DNA from: a virus
Taxonomy: Duplodnaviria; Heunggongvirae; Uroviricota; Caudoviricetes
Direction: 5' to 3' (one strand)
Virus record (IMG/VR): IMGVR_UViG_3300042988_000374
Coordinates: 64,001-128,000 of that record
Length of the DNA: 64,000 nucleotides
The position numbers and the translations under genes were made by a program. Positions 18,569-28,208 of the stretch are shown piece by piece. Below the pieces are notes generated by a model. That model was not told the origin of the DNA. It saw only the letters and a list, made by a program, of their open reading frames with translations, and made no database searches. Each line of letters opens with the position of its first letter. Positions within the stretch are counted from its first letter, which is position 1.

Positions 18569-18647
18569 TTTTATCTCCTGTGTGTATGTCTGTGTTTATA
18601 GTAGCCTATCTACTATGCTTTTATTCTACAACGTAGAATTCTTTTAC

Positions 18648-19220
18648 TCAACTCTTTTGGACAAACGGATTCCATAAATTGGCTAATCGTTGTCTTAAAG
18701 TTGCAATCTCTGCGACTATCTCAGCGCCTTCTTTTAAGTTGTGTGCGTTAGTTTCAAACAAAGTGGGCTCCGGTACCTCGATAGCTGAAGTACGTTCACC
18801 ATCACCGCGATAAATTGGTTTCAAGTTGTTCTTAGTTGCTAGATGCTGAATTGCACGATTGTCCTCGATGCAATTCATCCATACTTCGTGAATCTCAGTG
18901 AACTTAGCCCAGTCTAGCATCTCGTTAATGAGTGAATTACCATAACCTCTTCTCTGATATTCTCTAGACACTGACACTGCTAATTCCCACTTATCACCAT
19001 AACGCGCCATGTGACCCCAGCCAACAGATACACCATCAACAGTTGCGATCCATAATTCATGGTCATCTGGATGATATATCATGCTGAGTATCAATGAGTC
19101 GATATTGTAGTCCGTGGCGCTATAACCAAAACGCGAGTACTTGTCATCTGAATGTAAACTCTTCAAGTGCGCGGCGTACTCACCAAGATGATAGATATCA
19201 GTGTGAGTTACGTTAATCAT
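18648..19220 (-). CDS. GNAT-family acetyltransferase
   Basis: ELAVSVSREYQRRGYGNSLI (motif A) and NCIEDNRAIQHLATK. Confidence 0.85.
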   Translation of the reverse strand: MINVTHTDIYHLGEYAAHLKSLHSDDKYSRFGYSATDYNIDSLILSMIYHPDDHELWIATVDGVSVGWGHMARYGDKWELAVSVSREYQRRGYGNSLINEMLDWAKFTEIHEVWMNCIEDNRAIQHLATKNNLKPIYRGDGERTSAIEVPEPTLFETNAHNLKEGAEIVAEIATLRQRLANLWNPFVQKS

Positions 19221-19372
19221 TACGAGCCTTTGATTCGATTGGTAGCTTTATAAGCCTTGATTTCTTTAATTGCTTCAATGATGTCTGCGCCGCAGCTTCT
19301 TAGCAGTGCCAATAGCGCACCAGCTAGATATACCACAGCGAAGATTGTGAAGCCAGCGAAGACTGCAACCAT
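19220..19372 (-). CDS. 50-aa membrane peptide (missed by ORF track)
   Basis: MVAVFAGFTIFAVVYLAGALLALLRSCG...; TGATG and TAATG overlaps with both neighbours. Confidence 0.6.
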   Translation of the reverse strand: MVAVFAGFTIFAVVYLAGALLALLRSCGADIIEAIKEIKAYKATNRIKGS

Positions 19373-19596
19373 CACTTTGCTCCGAATTTAAAGTTTTTTG
19401 GGTCAGTAGCCACTTTAGCAATAGACACTGCGATACCAGTGAAGTTGTCAACTGCTTGCTTTGTATACTCAGTTTGCGTGTCTACAAACTTGTTAAGGTC
19501 AGCCGCGATATCTTTGTTCAAGACTGTGAGCTTAACCGCCTCTTTTTTGAATGATTGAACGGCATCGATTGTGCCATGTGCGAATAAATTAAACAT
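19372..19596 (-). CDS. Amphipathic helical protein, phasin-like
   Basis: Start moved to MFNLF with AGGAGA SD; IDAVQSFKK..LNKFVDTQTEYTKQAV pattern recalled from phage phasin-like proteins. Confidence 0.4.
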   Translation of the reverse strand: MFNLFAHGTIDAVQSFKKEAVKLTVLNKDIAADLNKFVDTQTEYTKQAVDNFTGIAVSIAKVATDPKNFKFGAK

Positions 19597-19859
19597 TTTT
19601 ATCTCCTGTGTGACTGTTTGTGTAATAGTAGTTTTAAACTGACTACCAACAGTATTTAGCACATTAACTGTGCAAATTTCTATATTTTTCTAGAGCTTTG
19701 GCTCTAGCAATCGCCAGTCTAATACTGACATAATCTGATAGCTCATCACCATCAGTGTCAGGAATAATGCGTGGTCTGCGATAGGCAGTTGCTAATTCTT
19801 CGTCATTGATATCGGTAGGATCATCACCATCAATGACTATTAGTGTTTTGTGTAGCGGG

Positions 19860-20030
19860 TTACTTCTTAGTAACTTTAGCTTTCGAACTTTTTGTACTCG
19901 ACTTGGTGGTCGACTCCTTCTTTGCTTTTTTCTTTGCTAGTTTGATAGCTGGTTTAGCTGGTGGAGTGGTATCAGCAGCATGGGCAGTTACTGCAAAAGC
20001 AGCTAACAATGCGATTAGTAGTTTTTTCAT
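19860..20030 (-). CDS. Secreted Lys-rich small protein
   Basis: MKKLLIALLAAFAVTAHA signal peptide followed by a K/S/T-rich tail. Confidence 0.7.
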   Translation of the reverse strand: MKKLLIALLAAFAVTAHAADTTPPAKPAIKLAKKKAKKESTTKSSTKSSKAKVTKK

Positions 20031-20058
20031 ATTTTTATTTCCTCTTATATACAACGAT

Positions 20059-20472
20059 TTAGCCACGCGATTCGTTGACATCATCTGCGTTTTTTACGTA
20101 ATCCTGCACAGAACCATACAGTAATATCAAGGTAGATACACTGTCATCGTAAATGCGAACTATCATATCACCGGGTCTAAATGACACGTGGTACGGTGAT
20201 GCCATTTTTTTATCTAGCATCAACATGTATTTAGAGTCTTTATACCAAGACTCTTTATCATCCTCAAACTGACAGAATTCAATATCAGCTGTCCTGAATG
20301 CCAGATCGCCTTCGTCTGTTAAGCGTAAACCACCAGATAATCGTGGATTCTTCCACCATCTGTATAGTGCAATTTGAACTTGAGCTTCAGTGTAGTCAGG
20401 CTTCTCTATCGCCAAGATAGCACGAGTGATAGCTAACTTGTCAACTACCATCCGGATATACAGTAGTACCAT
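20059..20472 (-). CDS. Hypothetical protein
   Basis: ORF in an overlapping operon. Confidence 0.6.
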   Translation of the reverse strand: MVLLYIRMVVDKLAITRAILAIEKPDYTEAQVQIALYRWWKNPRLSGGLRLTDEGDLAFRTADIEFCQFEDDKESWYKDSKYMLMLDKKMASPYHVSFRPGDMIVRIYDDSVSTLILLYGSVQDYVKNADDVNESRG

Positions 20473-20737
20473 GTGACAGGAATACTACGCTGAATTTGTC
20501 AGTTTTAAATTGTTTATTTAATTTCCTGCACAAATTTCTGGCATGTCCAGGATTACTAAAGCTGGTCTTTTTATACTTTGGAACACTGTTACTGTCTAAG
20601 TAGTGCTGATTCTTTAAGTTGATAGCTGCTCCTTCATAGAACACTGCCCAGATACCGCTTGCTTCAATAATTTGATCAACGCGATAAGTCTTTTTATCAA
20701 CCATCTCCAAGAGTACTTTACTAGCATTTCTACTCAT
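20441..20737 (-). CDS. Hypothetical protein
   Basis: ORF in an overlapping operon (KYKKTSFSNPGHA motif). Confidence 0.6.
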   Translation of the reverse strand: MSRNASKVLLEMVDKKTYRVDQIIEASGIWAVFYEGAAINLKNQHYLDSNSVPKYKKTSFSNPGHARNLCRKLNKQFKTDKFSVVFLSHGTTVYPDGS

Positions 20738-20934
20738 TTGAATGTGCCTCCAGAGATTACTACACTAGTTGCCTGTGTATAATTGCTCATTTTTGCAGCA
20801 TCAAGTTTATCTACCAGCAGTTTGGCCAAGTCATCCCGTAGATTCTTAGCTTCATTTGCTGATAAGATTAAGTCTTTGCCAGGTCTGGCATCAAGTGCTG
20901 CGACTTTATCAATAAACTGTTTAATTGAACTCAT
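20734..20934 (-). CDS. Hypothetical protein
   Basis: ORF with ATGA overlaps. Confidence 0.6.
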   Translation of the reverse strand: MSSIKQFIDKVAALDARPGKDLILSANEAKNLRDDLAKLLVDKLDAAKMSNYTQATSVVISGGTFK

Positions 20935-21395
20935 ACTGTATTTAGCGCGTCCAACGCTTCACTTAGTGTCCTATAAGGACCATCATACACATAGCGCTGA
21001 ATGTAAAGATACTTTGGTGACAACATAGTTTGCTTCACGTTTTCAACAACAATGTTGAAGTAACCAGCGGCATGGTAACATTTACTGGTAGGAGTCTTTG
21101 TATAAACATGCATCTTTCTGCGCACATCATATACGTTATTGAATGTCTCACTATCGGTGGGCCAGTGTGCGAATGGAATCTCGGCATCTTTATCACTGGT
21201 GACAGGATTCTCAAACACAAGTCGAACATCTTTTTCAATACTTTTAGTAGTGCTGAATGTATGCACCAATCCACCAATAGTCACATTGTAACCAGTGTGA
21301 CTGCTGTTTGCCTCGATATTTCCAATCTTCTTAACGCCATCAGTGATGACCCATAGTTGATTTTTAATAATTGGTTTAGCTATTAAGTTGCTCAT
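20931..21395 (-). CDS. Hypothetical protein
   Basis: ORF in operon. Confidence 0.6.
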   Translation of the reverse strand: MSNLIAKPIIKNQLWVITDGVKKIGNIEANSSHTGYNVTIGGLVHTFSTTKSIEKDVRLVFENPVTSDKDAEIPFAHWPTDSETFNNVYDVRRKMHVYTKTPTSKCYHAAGYFNIVVENVKQTMLSPKYLYIQRYVYDGPYRTLSEALDALNTV

Positions 21396-21924
21396 TTTGT
21401 TCTTTCTTATGCGCGGTAATCGCCTCTGCTAATGCTAGATTAACAAAGTCATTGAACGTCATGTTACGCTCATGCGCCATCTTCATGTATTTTAACAGTT
21501 CCGCGTCATCGAAGTCAATAGCGATTAGTACACCAGTATCGTAATCTTTACCAGCAAAGATTGCCTCAGCTTTTTCAATGTAATCAGCATCTACTTCCAA
21601 GTCGATATAATCAACGTCATCCCATGCCTGATTGCCATTTACTCCGCGCACAATCGCTTCAGCTGTATACAATCGGTGAATCTCGTCACTCGCAAACATA
21701 CGATATGCGCGGTCATTACGCATATCATGGACTTGGACTTCGTATACTTCTTGAGTCTTTGTGTCAAATGTGATAGTAGCAGAATGACCATCGTGATCAC
21801 CATTCCAGTAATCAAGTGAGTATACGTTGCCGCCCCAGCATGTCCAGTGATAATCACTGCCCTCGGTGATCTTATAATCTACCAGCTGTAACCATTGTTG
21901 TAATGTAATCATGTTAATTTCCAA
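21376..21924 (-). CDS. Hypothetical protein
   Basis: ORF in operon. Confidence 0.6.
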   Translation of the reverse strand: MEINMITLQQWLQLVDYKITEGSDYHWTCWGGNVYSLDYWNGDHDGHSATITFDTKTQEVYEVQVHDMRNDRAYRMFASDEIHRLYTAEAIVRGVNGNQAWDDVDYIDLEVDADYIEKAEAIFAGKDYDTGVLIAIDFDDAELLKYMKMAHERNMTFNDFVNLALAEAITAHKKEQNEQLNS

Positions 21925-22150
21925 TCTTCAGTAAGTAAAGTGTTGCCATGTTAGGGTCAAGTTTGACCACATCAGTAGGATATTTGTGTTTCCCACCGGA
22001 TGATCTGCTACCTACGAATTGTACAGTTACCATCTTAGTGTTTAACTTTTTGATAATTGCAATCCGTAGTGAGTTTCTCTCTGATGTCGCCACAACATCA
22101 CCAACCTCTAGAGGTTGTCCCATAATATCATTTTTAATTTCGTCTGTCAT
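21914..22150 (-). CDS. Small SH3/KOW-like hypothetical protein
   Basis: DIMGQPLEVGDVVA beta-barrel-like start. Confidence 0.5.
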   Translation of the reverse strand: MTDEIKNDIMGQPLEVGDVVATSERNSLRIAIIKKLNTKMVTVQFVGSRSSGGKHKYPTDVVKLDPNMATLYLLKIGN

Positions 22151-22158
22151 ATAATCCT

Positions 22159-22476
22159 TTATCTTCCACGACTCATTGAATACGTGTCCGCATATCGTCC
22201 AGAGCCGTTAACTGGTGTTCGCGTCTTCAAGTAGAGTTCTTCAATCTTGCGATACTTCGCCCGCACAGGTACTGGTGCATGACTAGCAAGATAATGAATC
22301 TGACTAAACACGCGAATTTGGTGAACTCGATGCACATCACAGTCACGCAAATATCTCGAACGACTCATCCAATTGAACTCTGCCAGTGAACCACCAGTCT
22401 TGCGTCGATACTGCATAGCTGCTAGTTTATCGAACCCGTGTGGTCTAAATGCCTTATTTTTAATGTTCATTACCAA
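22159..22476 (-). CDS. Basic hypothetical protein
   Basis: ORF in operon. Confidence 0.5.
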   Translation of the reverse strand: MVMNIKNKAFRPHGFDKLAAMQYRRKTGGSLAEFNWMSRSRYLRDCDVHRVHQIRVFSQIHYLASHAPVPVRAKYRKIEELYLKTRTPVNGSGRYADTYSMSRGR

Positions 22477-23086
22477 TTACCTTATTTGATATTACTATTC
22501 GTCTAGCTTCGTAGTTTTTTGAATCACCCCATGGCGCATCTGGTGATCTGATCAACAGATTGTGGAGAGCTAATTTATCAGACAACAACTCAATGTGGTT
22601 CTTTACTCCGCCAGTCGATTCAAAGAAGTTTACCATATACACGTTCAAATTCCTATCAAACGCTTCATCAATTGTTCTGAGCCAGAACCTCTGACCATCC
22701 GCAGTGTGTCGATGGTCAGTCATTACTGCACCATGTATGGGTAATAGCAGGTCAAAGAATACGTGTGATGTTAAATTTCTACTTTCAAATACTCCACGGT
22801 CTCTCCATTGTATCATTTCTTTAACTACTGTGGTGCCTAATAAATTGTAGTACTCTTCTTTCCATTTCATATAGTACAGAACTGTTACTCTATGTGGGTC
22901 CACCATAATGAATCGATTACCATGTTTATATAATTGATTCCCGAGCTGAGTGGTCTCCAGCAACGTACCATTCCTGAGTACGGCAGCGGCTAATTCTTTG
23001 TTATTCTTAGACACGCCAAATCCCATGTCCGGATCTACCGTAACAATGTTCCTTGGCATCTCAGTCATAACAAACTTTTTAGTCAT
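22460..23086 (-). CDS. Hypothetical protein, possibly GNAT-like
   Basis: VMTE|MP near the N-terminus; TDHRHTADGQRFW motif. Confidence 0.45.
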   Translation of the reverse strand: MTKKFVMTEMPRNIVTVDPDMGFGVSKNNKELAAAVLRNGTLLETTQLGNQLYKHGNRFIMVDPHRVTVLYYMKWKEEYYNLLGTTVVKEMIQWRDRGVFESRNLTSHVFFDLLLPIHGAVMTDHRHTADGQRFWLRTIDEAFDRNLNVYMVNFFESTGGVKNHIELLSDKLALHNLLIRSPDAPWGDSKNYEARRIVISNKVIGNEH

Positions 23087-23088
23087 GA

Positions 23089-23289
23089 TTACCAGTTCTC
23101 TTCATCAGTGACCACAATCTTAACAGTGGCTTCGCGTCCGTTTAATTCAGTCACATACTCTAAGTCGAGTGAGTATCCAATACCACTGCTGTTCTCAAAG
23201 TTAATCCAGAAGTTCTGTCTAATATCATTCTCTTTGATAATCTGCGCAATGACGGCAATGTCGGCAGCGTTCATCATAATTCTACTCAT
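23089..23289 (-). CDS. Hypothetical protein
   Basis: Start moved to MSRIMMN with GGAGA SD. Confidence 0.55.
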   Translation of the reverse strand: MSRIMMNAADIAVIAQIIKENDIRQNFWINFENSSGIGYSLDLEYVTELNGREATVKIVVTDEENW

Positions 23290-24296
23290 TTTAATTCTCC
23301 AGTATATGCGCTGTTTAGCCATTTGCCGAAGTGAGTTGCTTGTTCACCAATTTTTGCCAAGTTGTGTTTACCAGCAAATTTTAAGAAGTGGAACCCGACA
23401 TTCTGCACAGGCTCAGTTTTTAGACCTTCACGTATACTAGCATCAACTGCGGCTTTAACATCGTCTGGTTGGGCTTTTAAATCGATTAGGGTGACGTTTC
23501 TGTTGTAGTCGTCTAGTACACGGTGTTCAACGCCATTGTGATCAGTCCAACGATTCATCATCATTGAGTTCCAGTTGAATCCCTTTTCGAATCGATCGGC
23601 AAACGCATCTAACAAACCAATAGTCTTTTTGGTAGCCTTGGTGCGAACACCAGGGTACGCACTAAACACGTTGTCAGATGAATCACCTCTAATGCATTTT
23701 TCAAACAGAATCCATGCTGGGTCACCAAGAGTCTTTGGCTCTTTAGTCTTGCTGTCTTTAATGGGACGATCACGACTGTCAAAGTAACCCTCTAGTGTAA
23801 TGAACTGGTCATTGACGCCGTTGAATTGTTTAACATTTGGTGCAATAAGTTGTAGGAAGTCGGTATCACTGCTGATAATGTAGTGTTCGTCTTCTGGGTG
23901 TAGGTGAATGAATCGTGCGATCAAGTCGTCTGCTTCAGCCGTAGGACAGCGTAGGACAGATACGTTTGTTTTTTCACGTAGATATGTGATCAACTCTTCG
24001 TAAGTTTCCCAGAAGAGAGCATCAAGTGCCAATTCCTCGTCAGTTAAACTAGCACGATTAACTGCGCGATTGGCTTTGTATGGTGTGTAGAAGTCTTTGC
24101 GCCATGAGCGGCCTTCAGTACAAAACACGATGTGACATTCATCACTACCACCAAAGCGACGAATCACGCTTTGAATTGAACTGAAGGTAAGGTGTAAGCT
24201 CATGCCAAGCTTTTCCTCGTCAGTGGACATGCGTGATGCCACGTAACGACTTTTGAAGTACAGGTTAGCCGTATCAATAAGAATATATTTTTTCAT
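23286..24296 (-). CDS. rnh: T4 RNase H-like 5'-3' exonuclease / flap endonuclease
   Basis: ILIDTANL, SWRKDFYTPYKANR, EADDLIA, SSDTDFLQL, IRGDSSDNV. Confidence 0.9.
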   Translation of the reverse strand: MKKYILIDTANLYFKSRYVASRMSTDEEKLGMSLHLTFSSIQSVIRRFGGSDECHIVFCTEGRSWRKDFYTPYKANRAVNRASLTDEELALDALFWETYEELITYLREKTNVSVLRCPTAEADDLIARFIHLHPEDEHYIISSDTDFLQLIAPNVKQFNGVNDQFITLEGYFDSRDRPIKDSKTKEPKTLGDPAWILFEKCIRGDSSDNVFSAYPGVRTKATKKTIGLLDAFADRFEKGFNWNSMMMNRWTDHNGVEHRVLDDYNRNVTLIDLKAQPDDVKAAVDASIREGLKTEPVQNVGFHFLKFAGKHNLAKIGEQATHFGKWLNSAYTGELK

Positions 24297-24302
24297 ACGC
24301 CA

Positions 24303-24331
24303 AGTGTAACATATCTTGGCGTATTTGTCAA
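24303..24331 (-). promoter_or_regulatory. Sigma70-type promoter, leaderless
   Basis: TTGACA-N17-TACACT-N6-ATG(24296). Confidence 0.7.
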
Positions 24332-24337
24332 CAGTTT

Positions 24338-24775
24338 TTAACTGATTTCGGATCTACCGCCACCAAGTGGCTTTCTATTAAGAGGTGGGCGAATATCGTC
24401 ATCACTTCGATTAGCTGGGTCAGCTATCTTTTGCTCATAGACTTCAAGGGCAACATTCCGACATACACTTTGGAACCATCGATCAATCACCACGTCATCA
24501 GTGTCATTTTCATTCTGATGATATCCGGCACGAATCAGCTTGCGTAGGAATGCCGCATTCCAATCCAATTCGAACGCACCGCTATTAATATTTTCAGGGT
24601 CGATATCAACTGAGATAATGGACACCCATGGCTCGTCCTTGGCAGTAGCGGCTTCTTTAGCTGCTTGGCGCGCTTTAGCTTCCAAGTCTTCTTTTGGCTT
24701 GCTAACGCGAGTCTTTTTCTGCTTTTGCGCAACGGCTGGCTTTGGGGCGAATAGGTTTTTTAATTTATTAAACAT
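24338..24775 (-). CDS. Hypothetical protein
   Basis: ORF with FELDWN..F..L..AGY motif. Confidence 0.6.
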   Translation of the reverse strand: MFNKLKNLFAPKPAVAQKQKKTRVSKPKEDLEAKARQAAKEAATAKDEPWVSIISVDIDPENINSGAFELDWNAAFLRKLIRAGYHQNENDTDDVVIDRWFQSVCRNVALEVYEQKIADPANRSDDDIRPPLNRKPLGGGRSEIS

Positions 24776-24815
24776 AGTGGTCTTTCAGTGCAGAAGGGAC
24801 CCGAAGGTCCCTATA

Positions 24816-25403
24816 TCAGAATTCAAACAAATCTGGGTCGTCTGTAATTTCTTTTAACGGACGTGGTAATTTATATACTTTTGTCTTTGTAGGGTCACGC
24901 TTATTTAGCAATGGTAACAAGCCCTTAAAGTCATTTTTGTGTTGTTGGCACAATTCACCTTCAATCCATTCTGCTTGTTCTTCTAGTGTAGCTTCTACTA
25001 GACACTTTCTAAAGTTAGGATTAACAGTCCAGATGCCTACAACGTAGTTGTTACGATTGAGTGCGTCTTCTGGTAATACACCAGCAGCAACTAAACGACG
25101 AACACCTTTAATAAAGTCGGTACCATGATCACTTGCCATGAACTCTGACCAACCTTCTAAGTTTGATACTTGACGAACAATACGCTCACATTGTTGCAAT
25201 TGGTTGATTCGATCATCACTTGGTGCGGTCATGCCTGCTTTGAGGAAGACCATGCGCATTTGATCTCGTGGAACAAAACAAATACCATAAGCGCAGGCTT
25301 TGGTGTTCATCTTCTTTACGATGCTGTAGATTTCATTAGCTTTCTTTAGTTCATTCAAGCGAATTAACTTGTCTGGTTTATATAAATTAATGTTGTTAAA
25401 CAT
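24816..25403 (-). CDS. Hypothetical protein, weakly GIY-YIG-like
   Basis: AYGICF..VFLKAGMT..ERIVRQV pattern. Confidence 0.35.
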   Translation of the reverse strand: MFNNINLYKPDKLIRLNELKKANEIYSIVKKMNTKACAYGICFVPRDQMRMVFLKAGMTAPSDDRINQLQQCERIVRQVSNLEGWSEFMASDHGTDFIKGVRRLVAAGVLPEDALNRNNYVVGIWTVNPNFRKCLVEATLEEQAEWIEGELCQQHKNDFKGLLPLLNKRDPTKTKVYKLPRPLKEITDDPDLFEF

Positions 25404-25482
25404 AGGTTTCCTTCTTTGTTAGTGAGCTGGTAATGTTAGCTCGGTTGGTAAATCTTGTCAAGAGTGGAGACTTCCAATCTCT

Positions 25483-26490
25483 TTATTTTGTCCACTCATC
25501 ATAGAGTTTAAATGACGCTAAGTTTTTTGCTTTGGATTCCACCATGCAATCTGCCCATGACCAATGTGCACGTGCTAAGTCGTTACTAGCTTTGTTCCAC
25601 ATGAAGTCAGAGTGTGCGCGGAGCTTTTGTTTTTTGTGACCAGATTCCATTAGTGCAGCCATTTGGGGCAATACATGGCAGTCATGCCCAACCAAGACAT
25701 CTTCTCTAGACAGGGAGTAATGCATTGTAGGACGAATAGACTTCCAGCTGTCAATGATCCGTGTAATTCTGGCATCTTGAGGATCCATGTAAGACCCTTC
25801 TCGAACCCAATAATGGTGCAGGTCAAGAACAGTAGGTATAATATCGCTAAGACTGAGACAATCATCTAACCCCCATGTGTTTTCTTCATTCTCCACTGTG
25901 ATTACATTCCGTGCTTCTGGTGAGAGTCGTGCGTATGCTTCGCGCATACCTACTGGACCGCGTTTACCAGACACGTGAATGTTGCATTTTGCATCCTGGA
26001 ATGTTTTACCATAACCCATGTACCGCAAAACATCAACGTGATACTCGAATTCAGCAATTGAATTGTTTACGATGTTTGGGTTGTCAGAAGCCAGCACGAC
26101 GAATTGCCCCGGATGCATTGATAAGCGAACATCACGTTCACGAGCAATACTACCAACATCTGCCAAGTGGCGCTCAAGATATTGACGAACATCTGGTAAC
26201 TGCCAATAGTGGCTCCAAGCGTCATGAGTATATGCCGGAAGTACATCGCTTCCGATACGCACCATACGGAGACCTTCATCTAATTCTCCTACTCGCGTTA
26301 CTAGATTTTTGATAGCGGCGATATTAGCTACCATCAAGTCCCATAGTTTCTCTTCAGCTACCGAGCGTGTCTGTCGATTGAGCCATGATATGGTAGTAGT
26401 ACCGATTCTAGTTTCTGGAATCGACACGATGCCTTTTGTTGGATGTGACTCCGACAAGATACAGGCAAAACCAACACGTTTAATGGTCAT
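25483..26490 (-). CDS. uvsE: UV damage endonuclease
   Basis: KRVGFAC, MVRIGSD, RLSMHPGQFVVL, TVENEE, VLDLHH, HYSLSRE, AHSD, DCMVESKAKNLA; ATG start after GGAG SD. Confidence 0.92.
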   Translation of the reverse strand: MTIKRVGFACILSESHPTKGIVSIPETRIGTTTISWLNRQTRSVAEEKLWDLMVANIAAIKNLVTRVGELDEGLRMVRIGSDVLPAYTHDAWSHYWQLPDVRQYLERHLADVGSIARERDVRLSMHPGQFVVLASDNPNIVNNSIAEFEYHVDVLRYMGYGKTFQDAKCNIHVSGKRGPVGMREAYARLSPEARNVITVENEENTWGLDDCLSLSDIIPTVLDLHHYWVREGSYMDPQDARITRIIDSWKSIRPTMHYSLSREDVLVGHDCHVLPQMAALMESGHKKQKLRAHSDFMWNKASNDLARAHWSWADCMVESKAKNLASFKLYDEWTK

Positions 26491-26538
26491 AGTAAACTCC
26501 AAATAAAAGGGATAGTATACTGTATCCCTTTGTAGTTG

Positions 26539-27009
26539 TCAATTCTTTTTTGTATTTTCAGCTTCTGCCACACGCTTGCGTAGAGAGGATGAACTGAATG
26601 AATGGTCACGACTGTTGAAGACACATTTGATTCCGCGATCACTGCCTTCCTTGCGACCGGTAAAGTCTTGGTTCTGGTATTCTACACCAAGGATTCGCAC
26701 ATCAAGTGGCAAGATTAGCATTAAGTCGCGCAGGTCTTGTTCAGTTTGGTATACTACAATTTCATCTACGAATCTACAGGCGCTCAGTTGAATCTGGCGC
26801 TCAACAATACTCTGAATTGGTTTGTTCTTGGTGTCTGGTCGATCAATTGTTGGATCTGTTTGTAAGCCAGCAATTAGGTAATCACAGTGATTCTTTGCTT
26901 CGGCTAACATTGCCATGTGTCCAGCGTGTGGTCCTAAATCAAAGGTACTGAAGGTAATACCGATGACTTTGCCTTCATCTTTTAATTGTTTAATTTTATT
27001 AAATATCAT
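26539..27009 (-). CDS. Cytidylyltransferase (TagD / glycerol-3-phosphate CT-like)
   Basis: TFSTFDLGPHAGH (HxGH), CDYLIAGLQTDP, RDHSFSSSSLR. Confidence 0.85.
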   Translation of the reverse strand: MIFNKIKQLKDEGKVIGITFSTFDLGPHAGHMAMLAEAKNHCDYLIAGLQTDPTIDRPDTKNKPIQSIVERQIQLSACRFVDEIVVYQTEQDLRDLMLILPLDVRILGVEYQNQDFTGRKEGSDRGIKCVFNSRDHSFSSSSLRKRVAEAENTKKN

Positions 27010-27236
27010 TTTGTGAATTTATTTGGATACTCCAAGTGGAACACTTCTACGTGATTCCCTTTAAGGAGTTGAACTGTTTGCTCATTTTGCGCATCAGTTT
27101 CTGTTAAGTACACACCGGTTCCAAGAATAAGCCCATTGACAGTTGCGCCTGTTCCCACAAGACTGAATGAACCAGTACTGCTTTGTTGAACTACGATGTA
27201 CAAATCATGGTGATTTGGTCTGGCAATGGGCTTCAT
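27006..27236 (-). CDS. Hypothetical protein
   Basis: ORF in operon. Confidence 0.55.
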   Translation of the reverse strand: MKPIARPNHHDLYIVVQQSSTGSFSLVGTGATVNGLILGTGVYLTETDAQNEQTVQLLKGNHVEVFHLEYPNKFTK

Positions 27237-27246
27237 TTAGATCACC

Positions 27247-27468
27247 TTATAGCAAGATGCCAAATTTGTAAGCGTCAGCGCCCCATTGGTCTTTCGAGTT
27301 CTTACCAGACATATACTTTGTGAATTGCTGGAACACATAGTTCCGCATATCATAAAGAGTAGCCTCATCATATTTGAAGCCTGAATCCACACAGAATTCT
27401 TTATATAGTTCCAAATCGTTAAAGATTTGACGAACTTTAGGGTTTGGTGCGAATGTAGTTTTTGCCAT
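27247..27468 (-). CDS. Hypothetical protein
   Basis: ORF with AAGGA SD. Confidence 0.6.
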   Translation of the reverse strand: MAKTTFAPNPKVRQIFNDLELYKEFCVDSGFKYDEATLYDMRNYVFQQFTKYMSGKNSKDQWGADAYKFGILL

Positions 27469-27479
27469 TTTATTTCCTT

Positions 27480-27818
27480 TTAAATAGCGGTTGATAGGTT
27501 AGGTTTGTGAGTATGGTACTCTTTAGTAAATGCGACACCGGAGTTGTTGTTGATAACTTGAACTTCGATATCACGCTCTGAATAAAGTTTGATGACTTCA
27601 CGGTAAATGCCGTCAGCTACTTCTTCAAAGTTCTTTGCGGACTGATCAACGGTACTGGCATATGCATTAACTGCCGCCAATACTTCTTCAAAGTTGATTT
27701 CAGTACCCGATTTATTCTCAATAGTGATTTGACTATCGATACTGTTGCCCATGTCTAGACGTAGTGTGTATAGACTACGCGCGGCAGCAATAATTCTGTC
27801 TTGTGTTGTTTGTGTCAT
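27480..27818 (-). CDS. Hypothetical protein
   Basis: Start moved to MTQTTQ at the ATGA overlap. Confidence 0.55.
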   Translation of the reverse strand: MTQTTQDRIIAAARSLYTLRLDMGNSIDSQITIENKSGTEINFEEVLAAVNAYASTVDQSAKNFEEVADGIYREVIKLYSERDIEVQVINNNSGVAFTKEYHTHKPNLSTAI

Positions 27819-28207
27819 AGTAGGCCATCTGGTAAATTTTGGTTGTACTGCTGGCATAATAATACCAGCAGTTCGAATTTCTCTTCCTCACTCTTTAGAG
27901 CATCGTGCGCTTCTTTGAGATTGGGATGCTCAGCTATTAGTTTAGCACGAAGTTGTTCTTCTGTGCGCTTCTGGCGAGTCCATTCAAGGAGAGATTTAGC
28001 ATCATACGATAAATCAACACTGGCAAATGAGCCACCAATAGCTACCCATTGAGAGCCATCGTAGATTTTAAAGTCTTGTGAGTCAAAGTCATATCTAATT
28101 TGGCCCTGCATATGGGCAGACGATGAGTGATTTTTGCTAATGTGGGGGAAGGTATTACCTCCCGTCACTTCAACGTATCCACTACCGGTGTTGATTCCTC
28201 TAATCAT
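27815..28207 (-). CDS. Hypothetical protein
   Basis: GQIRYD..IYDGSQW motif followed by coiled coil. Confidence 0.6.
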   Translation of the reverse strand: MIRGINTGSGYVEVTGGNTFPHISKNHSSSAHMQGQIRYDFDSQDFKIYDGSQWVAIGGSFASVDLSYDAKSLLEWTRQKRTEEQLRAKLIAEHPNLKEAHDALKSEEEKFELLVLLCQQYNQNLPDGLL

Positions 28208-28208
28208 A

